From NCBI GenBank assembly GCA_004431415.1, contig QPMI01000432.1:124001-188000 (forward strand): a stretch of 64,000 bases of DNA. The letters run 5' to 3'. Below are positions 36,101 to 48,402 of the stretch, piece after piece. Each line of letters opens with the position of its first letter. Positions within the stretch are counted from its first letter, which is position 1. The DNA comes from Cyanophora paradoxa CCMP329 (taxonomy: Eukaryota > Plantae > Glaucophyta). The position numbers were made by a program, and so were the translations under genes. The notes under the pieces are model-generated. The model saw only the letters and a list, made by a program, of their open reading frames with translations. It was not told the origin of the DNA and did not search any database.

Positions 36101-39100
36101 GAACGCGTGCAGAAGTGCGGGTTGAAGGCCCGCGAGCGACCTCGGACCTCGCTGGTCGCCTGGAGTGGAGTGCACAGGTGCGAAGCGCCCGCTGCGCTGC
36201 CTCGCAGGCTGCTTCTGACCCCGCACGCGCACGTACGCAGGAGGCTGTCCGGCGCTGCCTCGCGGAGGACGGCGCGGCCAGCGAGGACGTGCAGCGCATC
36301 CTCCTAAACTCGCTCACTCTCGAGAAGAACGTCGAGCAGCTGACGTCGAAGGACCCGCCGCCGCGTCAGCGCGGCATCATCTCGGTGGCCGGCTTTTTGA
36401 ATTCGCCCGCGGCCTGTGCGTACGCCTGCTGACTCTGCCTTGCGCAGGTTCTGGCCTGCGTTTGCCTCGCAGAGCGCCTGCCGAGCGCCGCCTTCCCGCG
36501 CTGCGCGAACGCGGGCATAGGCTCTGGCGTCGGCACTTCGGCCTGGGACGCCGCCTGGTGTGCAGCTTCTCAATGCGCACGGCTGCGCGTATCTGATTCC
36601 CGCTCTGCAGGGACGCGATCTCAGCGGATCTGGGGCGGGTCGCCCCGCCGGCAATCCCGGCGCCGGCGGATCTCGGCGTCCCTTCACCTACGCAAGCGTA
36701 CGCGCCAGCGCCCCGTAGCCCCTCTTAAAAGCCCGCCCCCAACTGTTTCTTTACGAATCTTGTGGGATCCCGCACGGCATTGATACAGAGTGCAAGCAGG
36801 GGGCCCGCACGGCATTGATACAGCCCTCGCGCATGTTGAAGACTTGATTTGCGCGCAAGTCCGAGGTCCGCACGCTCCAGCTTCCGATCCCACAGGACCG
36901 TTAACGTTGGGGGGTGGGACCGTTGGGGGGATACATACTCAGATTGGCATCGGGCACGATGCTGCTCGCAGAGCGCTCGTCTACGCTCCTGCAGCAGCTC
37001 TTGAGCCGGCACATCGTCGTCGTCCGCGCCAAGCACGCGCAGTTCAGCGCTCAGCCGCCCGCGCAGAGAGGAACGTCGCCGTACGCTCCGGAGCGCGGCC
37101 CGGGTCAGCATGTGCTCTTTCTTTCATCTCTTGAGCAGTCTGGTGCGTCTCGGGCAGCGCCTCGTCCCCTTTGGCTGCGCTCTAAGCCGCGCACCGAGGT
37201 CTCTTCGACGAACTGGGCGCAAGGCTCACTGCCTGGTCGCCGAGTCACCGCAACAACGTCAAGGCCACCGATACGGGTCGTCGGCTTCTTGATCTTCTGC
37301 GGAAAGAGCCCTGGAAGCTCGCGGTTTGGCCTACGTCCGCGTTGCGCACTTCTTTCCAAGGGCTCTGTGCCCGCTTTTCGCTTGCGCAGTTCAACAGCTG
37401 GTCACCGGCGACGACGAACGTGCAGAGGGCGGCGGCTTCGCGGCGGCGGAAGCGGGCGAGCGACCTGGCAGCCGTGCCGGTGGCCACGCAGGCGCTGCAT
37501 GGCGGCCGTGGGCGCGAACCGCTTGCGTACGCGGGTCTACTACTTCTTCTCCTTCGAAGGCTTAACGGTTCGCCCTTCCTCGCCTCGCCTTGGGGTCGCT
37601 TCCGTTCTGACCGTTGTTTCCCTCCTTCTCAAGCTCTCTTTCGGGGCGAGATCTTCCGTGCGGAGCATGCGGGATGCATCATCCTGTGCGGTGAGAAGGC
37701 TCTGCAGTTTCTTCTCGGTCAGGTTCGCGCTGCCGTTCTTTTCCGCGATTCCGCCGCCGTACGCGACACGCAGTCGCAGGCACCTGTGCGCTGGACTGGG
37801 CTCATTATGAACATCTGCATCAAAGGCACGACGACGAGCGGCCGCGCGGAGGCGTGGAAGGCGTTCCGGGCGAGGCGGGACTGGGTAAGCGCTCCCAAGG
37901 ACGACCGCTTGCAGATCCCAGGCGGGCAAGCACCCGACTACAGCTTCGTGCTCGAACCTAGGCAAAAGTGCAAGCAGGGGGCCCGCACGGCATTGATACA
38001 GCCCTCGCGCATGTTGAAGACTTGATTTGCGCGCAAGTCCGAGGTCCGCACGCTCCAGCTTCCGATCCCACAGGACCGTTAACGTTGGGGGGTGGGACCG
38101 TTGGGGGGATACATACTCAGATTGGCATCGGGCACGATGCTGCTCGCAGAGCGCTCGTCTACGCTCCTGCAGCAGCTCTTGAGCCGGCACATCGTCGTCG
38201 TCCGCGCCAAGCACGCGCAGTTCAGCGCTCAGCCGCCCGCGCAGAGAGGAACGTCGCCGTACGCTCCGGAGCGCGGCCCGGGTCAGCATGTGCTCTTTCT
38301 TTCATCTCTTGAGCAGTCTGGTGCGTCTCGGGCAGCGCCTCGTCCCCTTTGGCTGCGCTCTAAGCCGCGCACCGAGGTCTCTTCGACGAACTGGGCGCAA
38401 GGCTCACTGCCTGGTCGCCGAGTCACCGCAACAACGTCAAGGCCACCGATACGGGTCGTCGGCTTCTTGATCTTCTGCGGAAAGAGCCCTGGAAGCTCGC
38501 GGTTTGGCCTACGTCCGCGTTGCGCACTTCTTTCCAAGGGCTCTGTGCCCGCTTTTCGCTTGCGCAGTTCAACAGCTGGTCACCGGCGACGACGAACGTG
38601 CAGAGGGCGGCGGCTTCGCGGCGGCGGAAGCGGGCGAGCGACCTGGCAGCCGTGCCGGTGGCCACGCAGGCGCTGCATGGCGGCCGTGGGCGCGAACCGC
38701 TTGCGTACGCGGGTCTACTACTTCTTCTCCTTCGAAGGCTTAACGGTTCGCCCTTCCTCGCCTCGCCTTGGGTCGCTTCCGTTCTGACCGTTGTTTCCCT
38801 CCTTCTCAAGCTCTCTTTCGGGCGAGATCTTCCGTGCGGAGCATGCGGGATGCATCATCCTGTGCGGTGAGAAGGCTCTGCAGTTTCTTCTCGGTCAGGT
38901 TCGCGCTGCCGTTCTTTTCCGCGATTCCGCCGCCGTACGCGACACGCAGTCGCAGGCACCTGTGCGCTGGACTGGGCTCATTATGAACATCTGCATCAAA
39001 GGCACGACGACGAGCGGCCGCGCGGAGGCGTGGAAGGCGTTCCGGGCGAGGCGGGACTGGGTAAGCGTCCCCAAGGACGACCGCTTGCAGATCCCAGGCG

Positions 39101-39875
39101 GGCAAGCACCCGACTACAGCTTCGTGCTCGAGCTTCTGACGATCACTGAGAAGGACGCAGTCGTGCGCGTGCTCTGCCTGAGTTTTCCGCACGCGCGCTC
39201 GGCCGATTCTCACAGAACGCGTGCAGAAGTGCGGGTTGAAGGGCCCGCGAGCGACCTCGGACCTCGCTGGTCGCCTGGAGTGGAGTGCACAGGTGCGAAG
39301 CGCCCGCTGCGCTGCCTCGCAGGCTGCTTCTGACCCGCACGCGCACGTACGCAGGAGGCTGTCCGGCGCTGCCTCGCGGAGGACGGCGCGGCCAGCGAGG
39401 ACGTGCAGCGCATCCTCCTAAACTCGCTCACTCTCGAGAAGAACGTCGAGCAGCTGACGTCGAAGGACCCGCCGCCGCGTCAGCGCGGCATCATCTCGGT
39501 GGCCGGCTTTTTGAATTCGCCCGCGGCCTGTGCGTACGCCTGCTGACTCTGCCTTGCGCAGGTTCTGGCCTGCGTTTGCCTCGCAGAGCGCCTGCCGAGC
39601 GCCGCCTTCCCGCGCTGCGCGAACGCGGGCATAGGCTCTGGCGTCGGCACTTCGGCCTGGGACGCCGCCTGGTGTGCAGCTTCTCAATGCGCACGGCTGC
39701 GCGTATCTGATTCCCGCTCTGCAGGGACGCGATCTCAGCGGATCTGGGGCGGGTCGCCCCGCCGGCAATCCCGGCGCCGGCGGATCTCGGCGTCCCTTCA
39801 CCTACGCAAGCGTACGCGCCAGCGCCCCGTAGCCCCTCTTAAAAGCCCGCCCCCAACTGTTTCTTTACGAATCTT
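30135..39875. repeat. Nested tandem array A5-B-A2-B: seven ~1.18-kb units (A) plus two ~0.745-kb tails (B)
   Basis: A starts at 30135, 31313, 32486, 33664, 34842, 36789 (12 nt shorter) and 37955. B lies at 36017-36761 and 39131-39875. The copies are near-identical apart from G/C-run lengths and a gtcccc>gctccc change at ~37890. Confidence 0.97.
38676..39842 (+). CDS. 3' exons of a spliced hypothetical gene whose body is the amplified unit (5' end probably near 29650)
   Basis: Exon chain with GT-AG introns: ..LFRGEIFRAEHAGCIILCGEKALQFLLGQ|APVRWTGLIMNICIKG..FVLELLTITEKDAV|KCGLKGP..WSAQ|EAVRRCLAEDG..RGIIS|VLACVCL..DAAW|DAISAD..PRSPS*. Confidence 0.5.
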
Positions 39876-40031
39876 CAGCCTAGCGTTCTCTAAAAACAAT
39901 ACCAGCATTCTTTCCAATGCGCGCGGCCACTGGCGAGCGCCCCGGGGAAGGAGCTTTGCATGCGCACGCACACGTATATAGATATACAGGAATCGAACAG
40001 ATCGAGAGGCGGGCGAGCCTCGGAGCCCGAG

Positions 40032-41450
40032 CTAGCAAGCGCCGAGTTTCCGAGCCGCCCGCGCCGTGTCGACGTCGAGCTGGGCGACGAGAGCGGGGCC
40101 GCCGGCGGGCGACGAGCGCGGGGCCGCTGGCCGGCGCCGCGGCCTCCCCGAGCTGCTGATGCTGCTACTGCTGCGAACGCGGGCGCTACGTCGCGTCGCC
40201 GCCGCCGCAAGCCGCGCCGCCCCGGCCCACAGTCGCCTGGCTGCCCGGAAGCGAGCGCGCATCTGCGAGAAAGCGTGCGTCCGCGCGTACGCGTTCAGGA
40301 GCGATTGCCTTGGGACGAGGCGCTTCGCGAACCTGAAGAGCGCCCCACGGGGCGCGGGAAGCCTCGCCGGGAGCCTTAGAACGAAGCGCGTGCCTGCACT
40401 GGCACGTGCCTGCCAGGCGAGTGCGCGTATAAGCACTGATTTCCGAAAGCGAGCGGAGCGGCCGCACCGTATTCGAGCTCCCGGCCGCCGCACAGAAGCC
40501 TGGGAGCGAGCGCGTGCCTGCGAGACGATCGCTCAAAAGCGATTCCAGAGAGCGATAGCGAGAGGGCGTCCCTGCGCACCTGAAGCCGGCGCGGGCGACG
40601 GTGGAAGCTGCCACCGCACAGCTGCCACTGAGGCCGAAAGCGGCCGCCGCACCTGCGAGAGTATGCAGGAGAGACGATAAGAAGCCAAGAAGCCACAAAG
40701 CGAAGGCAGGTTTACCTGAAGCGCGGTGGGTTCAACGGACTCAACGCCGTGAGCCTGGCGCGGGCGACGGGCGGCCGCGAAGGTAAGCTAAGCTCTACGC
40801 TTCATCTGTAGAGCCCTCTCAGCCGCCCAGCAACCTCCGAACTCCGCGCCGCGCTAGCTGGACGCTGCCTGGCCCCGGAGTGCTGCTGGCGAAGAGCTCC
40901 AGGCATCTGACGACGCTTCTGGTCGAGTAGCTACCGCCGAGCGCGTGGCGGCTTCTTGGCTGCAAAGGCTCGGTCGCAGCTGCTGCGTCGATTTGGCACT
41001 GGTACCCTCCGATCCCCTGCCCCCCCCTCCAGCCAGGCGCGGCCCGGCAGCCCCGATCCGGCGGTGCCTGGCGATCGCCTGATTTCCATTCATAACGAAC
41101 CGGCGATCGCTTCGCCAATGAGAAGACCGTGACGCGATACGTCACCGGCGACCGCAGAAACGAGAACACGCAAGCGATCGCTTTGCGGAGGCTCCTTGTT
41201 AGGGCTCGATTCCGATCGGGTACCCTTACTAACCGAGGCGATCGCTGGAGAAATGAGAAGGCTCAAGCTTAAGCAGGCGAATGCTCTTAGCTTAGTTAGC
41301 TAAGCCTGGGGGGTAGAGGCGCTCTTCAGGTGGGGAAGAGACGCAGCCGGGGTAGGTAGAGGTGTGAGGCCAGTTTGCAACCCGGGGGTCTCAGCCGATC
41401 GGAGTTCACCCGCGCCGCCCTCCGAGATGAAGCAAGGCGAGCAGCGGATC
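40032..41450 (-). CDS. Possible low-complexity hypothetical gene; exon structure unresolved
   Basis: Exon-like ORF pieces (..FAKRLVPRQSLLNAY.., ..LVAQLDVDTARAARKLGAC*) with no recognisable domain. Confidence 0.25.
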
Positions 41451-41496
41451 TCCCCGTAGCCGGCCAAGTGCCGCGCTCGCGCGCGAGACTCGAACA

Positions 41497-44385
41497 ATGA
41501 GCTCCTTCTCTTGGGTCCGTTCCGGCAACCCGCCGCACTAGGCTCTCCTTGGCGAGACGAGCTGACGGTGTTTCTCCACTTCGTTTGCGCAGATTGTCGC
41601 CTACGTCCAGTCGCACAATGGACCCGCGGAGCTTGGCGTGTCCCTCGTGTCGATCCTAACGCGGCAATCGCTCTTGTGCCAAGTCGGAGCCCTGCACGGT
41701 GAGCAGCGGCAGGCGTTCTTATCTGGCCGACCGGGTTCGCTTGGGCGCCGTGCCGGCTCTAGAAATCGCGCCCGACCACCTCTGACCGCAGTCCGCAGAT
41801 GAACTGCACCTCCAGACGCGATCCCCGCAAAAGTTCGTTTCTGGATGGAACGGGAAGGACTCGAAAGGCGGCGGCTATCAATCCAGCCGCGGCCAGCCGT
41901 CGCACTTCCAGATGCAGCAACAGGTGCGATGCAGAGCGGCGCGCGTGCAGAGCGGCGCGCGTGCAGAGCGGCGTGCATGTCTTCGAGTGCTGACGTCTCG
42001 ACCGCAGGAGCGCGAGGCGCGCCTGGAACTGCTGGAGCTGGAGCGCGAGCAGGGGGCCGAAGTGCAGCGCCTCATCGACCGCTTCCTGGCGCTCAGCAAC
42101 GAGCGCAACGAGATCCTGGAGAAGGGCGCCGAGTACAAGCGGCGGTTCCGGGAGCAGAGCGAGCGTTCGCAGACGCTGACGCAGGAGCTCTCTGAGCTGC
42201 AGGCCGACAACGGGAAGCTCGCGGCGCGGGTGCGCGTTGGCGGCCGCGGCGTGGCGCGCCCCGCTCAGCGCGCGCCCTTCGCAGATACGCGAGCTGGAGG
42301 ACGCTGTGTCCGTGGAGCGGCAGCGCTTCATAGAGCAGGTGGAGAGCCTGCAGGGAGTCGTGCTGGACTCGCAGGCCCGGCACATGTCGCTCCTCAGCGA
42401 GAACCGGACGCTCCAGGAGCGGGCGCGGGAGCACGCCGACGTGATGCGGGCGGCGGCGCAGCTGCAGCAGCGGGTCTCGGACCTGGACGGGCAGCTGCGG
42501 GCCGCGCAGCAGCAGGCGGCGCAGGCGATGCAGGTGGCGGCGCGGGCGCAGGAGGAGGCGGCGATCAGCCAGCAGCGGAGCGTCTCGCTGCGCTCCGTCG
42601 GCTCTGAGGAGGCGCGCGATGTCGTCCAGCGGGCGGACTACGAGCGCCTGGCCGAGGAGCACGCGCGCCTCCAGGAGACGCTCGCGTCCCTGCAGGCGCA
42701 GGTCCGGGCCGCCATGGCCGGGCAGGCCGCCGCCGCCGCCGCTGCCGCCGGCGGCGTGTCGCCCTCGAAGGATCTGGAGCGGAGCATCAGCATGGACGTG
42801 CCTGCAGAGGAGTACGCGCGGGTGGTGGACGAGAACGGCCTGCTGCGGGAGAAGCTGGGCGGCGTCGCCTCGCAGCTGCGGCGGCAGCTGGAGGACCTGG
42901 ACGCGCTCGCCTCGGAGTACAGGGCGGTCGCCGAGGAGAACGGGTTCCTCGCGCAGGCCCTCGAGGAGCAGGCCGAGGAGCTCTCGCGCCTCCGCTCCGA
43001 CGTGCGCGACCTCGCCGCCGAGAACGAGCAGCTCGCCCGCGGTGCGCTCCCCTCGCCCGAGCCCCTGAGCGGCCCCTGAGCGGGCCGGGCCGCGCTGGGG
43101 CGCAGCGCTGGACGCGGTCGGGGACTGGAAGGGCCGCGTGGAGGCGGTCAAGAAGGTGGCGCTCGAGGAGTGCGAGCGGCTCGCGGAGGAGAACGACCGG
43201 CTCCGCAAGCGCGCCGAGGAGGCGGACGACCTCGCCAAGCGCGCCGCGCGGCTCGAGCGGGAGCTGGAGGAGAAGGGCGTGCTCCTGGAGGAGCTCCGGG
43301 GGCAGGTTGCGGCGTCCACGCAGGAGCTCTGGGCGGTGGAGAGCGAGCGGCGGAAGCGCGAGGAGGAGGGCCGCGGCGCCTTCTCGTGGGGCCGCCTCTT
43401 CGGGGACATCGGCTCCTGCGCCACGAACGAGCCGCTGACGGCCGCCTCGTCCGTCGCCTCGCCGGCCGTCTCGGAGGCGGTGGAGGCCTCGGGCCACGTC
43501 GCCGCCCAGCTGCAGGCCGCCGAGGCCGCGCGCCGCCTCGCGCCCCGCCCGCCCCCCGCCGTCCTCGCATCCTTCCAGGCCCCCGAGAGGCAGCCGGGCC
43601 CCGCCAGCCCCGCCCCGCCAGCCCCGCCCCGCCGCCCCTCCCGCCGCCCCGCCCGCGGCCCCGGACCCCCGAGCCGGCGGGCCCCGGCCCGCGGCGGCCG
43701 CCCGCGCGCCCACGCCGACGCAGGAGCCGAAGAGCTCGCCGCGGGGCGCCGTGAGCTCGCGGAGCGTGCTGCCGGAGGGAGGCGCGGCGCAGGAGACGCC
43801 GCGCGCCACGGCGAGCGAGAAGCTGCGCGGCCTGAAGGAGTCGATCCTGGCCGCTGTCGAGAAGGCCGCAGGCGGCTTTAAGGCCGGCTCTGGCGCCGCC
43901 GCCGCCGCTTCCTCCTCCTCCTCGTCGGCGGCGAAGGAGGGCGCCCCGCAGTCCGAGCGCGACCGCGAGGCGGCCGCCCTCGAGGCGAGCGCTTTCCCCC
44001 CCCCCCCCTCTCCTCTTGACCCCTGCTGAAGGCGGGCGGCAGGCCAAGGTGAAGCAGCTGGAGGAGCAGAACAAACAGCTGGTGCAGCAGGTCCCCCGCC
44101 TCGCCCCGCCCCGCCCTGCCCCACCTCCTCCCCCGCCCCCGGTTCGAGCCTCCGCCCGCCCGCCCGCCCCGCAGGTCGCCACCGTCCTCAAGACCAAGGC
44201 CGACACGATGTTCGCCCTCCACTACAGGTGCCCGCCCCGCGTCCCTGCGCCCCTCTGCTCTCAACTCAGCCTTGCGCAGCGGGGGCCAGCCCGAGAGCCA
44301 GGCCCTCGCCGCCCTCGGAGGCGGGGACTCCGCCGCTCCGCGCCCCTCCGGCTCTGCCGCCCGCCCTGCCGAAGCGCGCGCTGGA

Positions 44386-44418
<33 letters not shown>

Positions 44419-45426
44419 CAGCCGCCCGCTTCTCCCGCGAAGGCCGCCCCGCAGCCTCAGCCTCAGGCGCAGCCCCAGGCGCAGGCGCAGACGCAGACGC
44501 AGCAGGCGCAGGCGCCGGGGAGCGCGCGGAGGCCGAAGTGCCCTCCTCGGCCCGCGCCCTCCAGGCTCTCCAGGCCGCCCAGCAGCAGCAGGCGCCGCAG
44601 CCGCAGCAGGAGGCCTCGGCGCCGGCCGCCCGGGCGGGCCCGGCGCCGGCGGCCCAGCCTGCCGCGCCTCCCAGGGAGGGCGCCGAGGAGGGCGGGCGGG
44701 ACTGGCGGCGCGGGCGCAGTACCCCGCCCTCCTCCCCCGCACCGCGTTCGCCTCGCGTCCTTCGGGCCCCTCGGCTCGGCCCCGTCCGCCCCCCTCCCCC
44801 TCTCCTCCGGCGCCAACACCCCCGAGATGCGCCCCTCCTCCCCCGCCCCCGCTTCGGCCCCGCCACCGCTCCCGGCCCGGCCCCGCCGAGGCCCGCACGC
44901 CACCGCGATCGCGGCGCCGGCGACGACGCCCGTCGGCGCGGTGGCGCCGCTGTCCGCGCGGGCGGGCGGCGGCGGCGGCGCTATGATGCCCTCCACTGAG
45001 AAGCTCGCCGAGGCGATCGCCGCGCGTATGTCCGGGCCCCTCCCCACGCCCGGCCCGCCCCCGCCCCTCCCGCGCGCCGAGGTCCTCCCCACCCCCCGCC
45101 CGCCGACACCGCCTCCTCCCCCTCCTTTGCTTCCTCCTCCCTCGCCCGCCCGCGGGCCCGCGGCGGGCGGCTCGGGAACCCCGCGCGGCTCGGCGGCGGC
45201 GTCGGCGGCGGCGGCGGCGGCGGTGGCGGCCCTCGCGGGGGACGCGAAGAACGCGGCGGCGGTGCAGCGCTCGCTGGAGCTTCGCGCACACCTCGAGCGT
45301 CTCAACGCCGACATCCGCCGCACGCGCTCCGAGTGGGAGGAGCGCATGGGCGACCTCGACCGCGTGCTCACCGTCGCCATCAAGCCCGCCCCGGCAGGCG
45401 GCCCCGCAAAACCCGCCCCCAAGTAG
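41497..45426 (+). CDS. Large coiled-coil protein with a Pro/Ala-rich C-terminal region; start uncertain
   Basis: Heptad-rich exons EREARLELLELEREQ.., IRELEDAVSVERQRF.., LRRQLEDLDALASEY.., VKQLEEQNKQLVQQ and LELRAHLERLNADIRR..KPAPK*. Some homopolymer frameshifts in the GC-rich parts. Confidence 0.7.
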
Positions 45427-46634
45427 AGCTATAGCGCCCGGCCGCGCGGCGCGGATCGCGATTAGATGCGATTTACACTTATGAATACGCGAACTCGCTC
45501 CGTGGTCACTGTGGGAGGGCGTCTAAATCTGGAACTTCCTTCACTACGAGCAGTGGAGGGTGCGGGAGACGAGCCGAATGTCCAAATCCGCTATTGGAGG
45601 CACGGCCCGCCCCCCGCGCTGTGCCTGCGGGTCCTCCTCTCGAGCGTGCTCGTCTGCGGTCCTGAGTCAGCTCGCGCTTGCGCGGACGGCGACGCGCAAG
45701 GAGTCTATTCTCGCGGACCCGTAATGTTTCGAAGGGAGGAGAGCGGCGGCGTCATCATCATGTTCACCGCAACGTAGAAAACGATGACGAAAAGCGTGCA
45801 CACGCATGCGTAGATCGGCACCGCCACCGCCCAGTACCTGCAATGAAGCTCAGACTACGCTACCTGCCCCGTGCCTCATGCGCACCGGTCAGGATAATAG
45901 TATACGCCGATCGAATGAAGGACCTCATCCGGGAGATACGCCCAGCACAGGTACGCGCCTGCGCCGGCGCCACGCGATGAGCGCGCTCTTCGCGACGCCC
46001 GCAGGCACGGCCGCTCACCGAGGCAGACGAGACTGGCGGCCCATACCACAAACCCTTGAACGTCCGCGTCTCCCGCGCGCGCCGGCGCTGGTTGCTGAGG
46101 GCTCTGGGAATCCAGCACGGACCCCGCGCGCTACTTGCCGAGGCGATTACGTGTCAGATCTGTATACGGGTTGGTGCAGCCGCCAGGCAGCGCAATTTTG
46201 CAGCTGTCGCAGGAAGTTCGGCTTAGTTCGGCGTAGTTCGCTTTGGCGGGGATACAGCATTCAGAAGGCCTAGAGAAACCAAGAAAAGTTCGCGAGCTAG
46301 CTATAGCGAGCGCGGCCAGCACCCCGACGAAGGCTTTGCCTTCAAGACCCGCTCAACTCATACCAAAGCTCCTTCGCCGCCGGACGGCTTCCGCTAGCGC
46401 TGCAGCGGCTTTGTGCCTCCCAGCTGAGCGTGAAGCGCACCAGTCGCTGCTTTTTCAGCATGTCGTGTCCGTTTTCAGGTCCGCATAGCGCTGCTTGCTT
46501 TGGGTCTTCTCATCAGCTCCGCAGGCAAGGGCGGTGATGGCATCTGTCCGTTCTCGGGCCTCACTGCACGGGACAGGCCTATGAGTGCTGTACGCTGCAG
46601 TTCGCATCTCTATAATTGCGCTCGCTTCTCATTA

Positions 46635-47189
46635 GGCGCAGCGCGGAGATTACTCTTCTTTTCTGGGCGCCGGCGGCGGCGGCTCCTGTCCAGTGAAGAC
46701 AAGCGGCGGATTCGATTTGCAGGTGGCAGTGGAATCGCAGGCGGAACCAATAGCGATGACGAACGTGCCGCTCTTCCTTGTGCGCTAATCTTGATTTGCT
46801 TGCGGCGCTGCCAGCACTTTCTGGCACCTGCCAACGTCACTATCCCCCTCAGAATGTTGACGATTTCATCCGGCTCGTGCTGCTTGCCCCTGCGTGCAAG
46901 GCTTTCAGCAACTGCGATCCCAGCGAGTTCTACCTGACGATCGCAGGGCACGGCAAGCCCTTAGGGGCGGTGCGTTTCTAGGGCATCTTTGCCCTGACTA
47001 CTTTGCACTGAATTTTGCGAGCAGATGCGAAAGCTTGAAGTTGCCGGGGTCAAGAATAACGACTGCCTCATCCTCACCCGCAAGAAGACTGGTAACCATG
47101 ATGCTCTCATGTTGCGTGAAGAAAAGATGCTCAAGGAAATATCCTTTGGTGTTTCCGCAGTTGAGAAGCAGTCGTCGATGAGGAGGTGA
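46635..47189 (+). CDS. 3' exons of a hypothetical protein with a ubiquitin-like domain; 5' exons probably within 45500-46600
   Basis: FDLQVAVESQAEPIAMTN|NVDDFIRLV..DPSEFYLTIAGHGKPLGA|MRKLEVAGVKNNDCLILTRKK..SMRR* follows a beta-grasp pattern. Confidence 0.4.
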
Positions 47190-48402
47190 CTGTATGGTTC
47201 CTGGCGCAAGTCGGGCAATTGCAAGCTTCCAGGCAAGACCCAGCAACTCAGCCAACTCCTGTCCCTGTAAGTTAAGATGCCAATTGCCAATGATCAGTCT
47301 TCTGGTGCTTCATTTTGGATCATCGATTGCATAGAGCTTTCATGAATTTCTCGGGCTAGCTAGTCTAGTTAGCATTTAGATAGACAGGTCTAGTTAGGTC
47401 CTGGTTTAGCCCATAAGCTCCATGGTTGGGATGTATACGTGAGTTTTTGCCTCGTAGACAGTGCATGTGCAGTGTTGAAGACAAGTTTCCCCTTCAGAGC
47501 TCTGCTGCCGAGAGGCCTATAGCTAGCTACCGTAGCTATATAGAACGTTTAACAGGACATTTCAAGTCACATGCACGTTTTGACTGCAGCTGCAATAGCT
47601 AGGTCACGACCAGCAGGACGCTGTGACCGTCGGACGGCCTGGCCTTGGCAGATGTATTCGAATTCGCATCTTGATCACGATCATGATCTAGAGCTCTATA
47701 GCTATATATATATCTGAAAACTTGAAACGCTGCAGCGCAGGCATGCGCAGCGCATGCAGCTGACCCGACGTGGCGTTTCAAAGTTCGAACGGCTGACTTC
47801 CGATCGCGAATTCGAATTTCTTATTCTTGAGCTTGCAGAGCGCGGGTAAGCGTACCCGGGTAAGCACTTTGTTTTTTTCCGACTTGGCGTCAGCCACGGC
47901 CTTGGTGCGCATGTGAGTCGAGGAGCGGCGCGGCGCGGACCAGGGGGCTCGCAGCCGCTGAGCGCGCTATCATCATACTAGGCTGGCAGCTATCGGGTCT
48001 AGCGACGAGCACGCGCTCATATTCACGTCGGCAATCCGACGGTGCGGAGCTAACAGATTGAACGGAACTTCGGACGCTTACCGCGAGCGAGTCAAGCCGG
48101 GGCGAGTTGCCTTTACTCCGTGTCCTTGCTTAGCAGTGTCTAGAGAGCCCCCGCAGCAGCTGCTGCGGCGGCCGGCGGCCGCCAGCTAGCAGCATCTAAT
48201 CGAAGTTGGCTGCAGTGCGCGGGCGGGCGGGCGTGCTCTCGGCTCAGCGGGCATTCCAGCTGCGATGCAGCCGATAGATCTAGGCTAGGTTAGCCTGGCG
48301 GCGGCGCTCCGGCGCGGGGTCGCCCGCCTAGTCGCTTAGGGGCAGGGCGCGTCTGCTGGAGGTGACATTGGTCCAGCCGCGGGCTCGACATTTCCAGCCA
48401 CG

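Noticed and set aside
30135-39875. Array as a transposon, CRISPR, rDNA/5S, snRNA/SL-RNA or retrozyme array
   Set aside because: No transposase or RT motifs, TIR/LTR/TSD, spacers, recognisable RNA gene or hammerhead core. The unit is a slice of a spliced gene that continues into unique flanks.
47139-47147. ATATCCTTT as a U12-type 5' splice site
   Set aside because: It lies inside an open frame (KEISFG) that runs to a stop at 47189, and I saw no TCCTTAAC branch site downstream.
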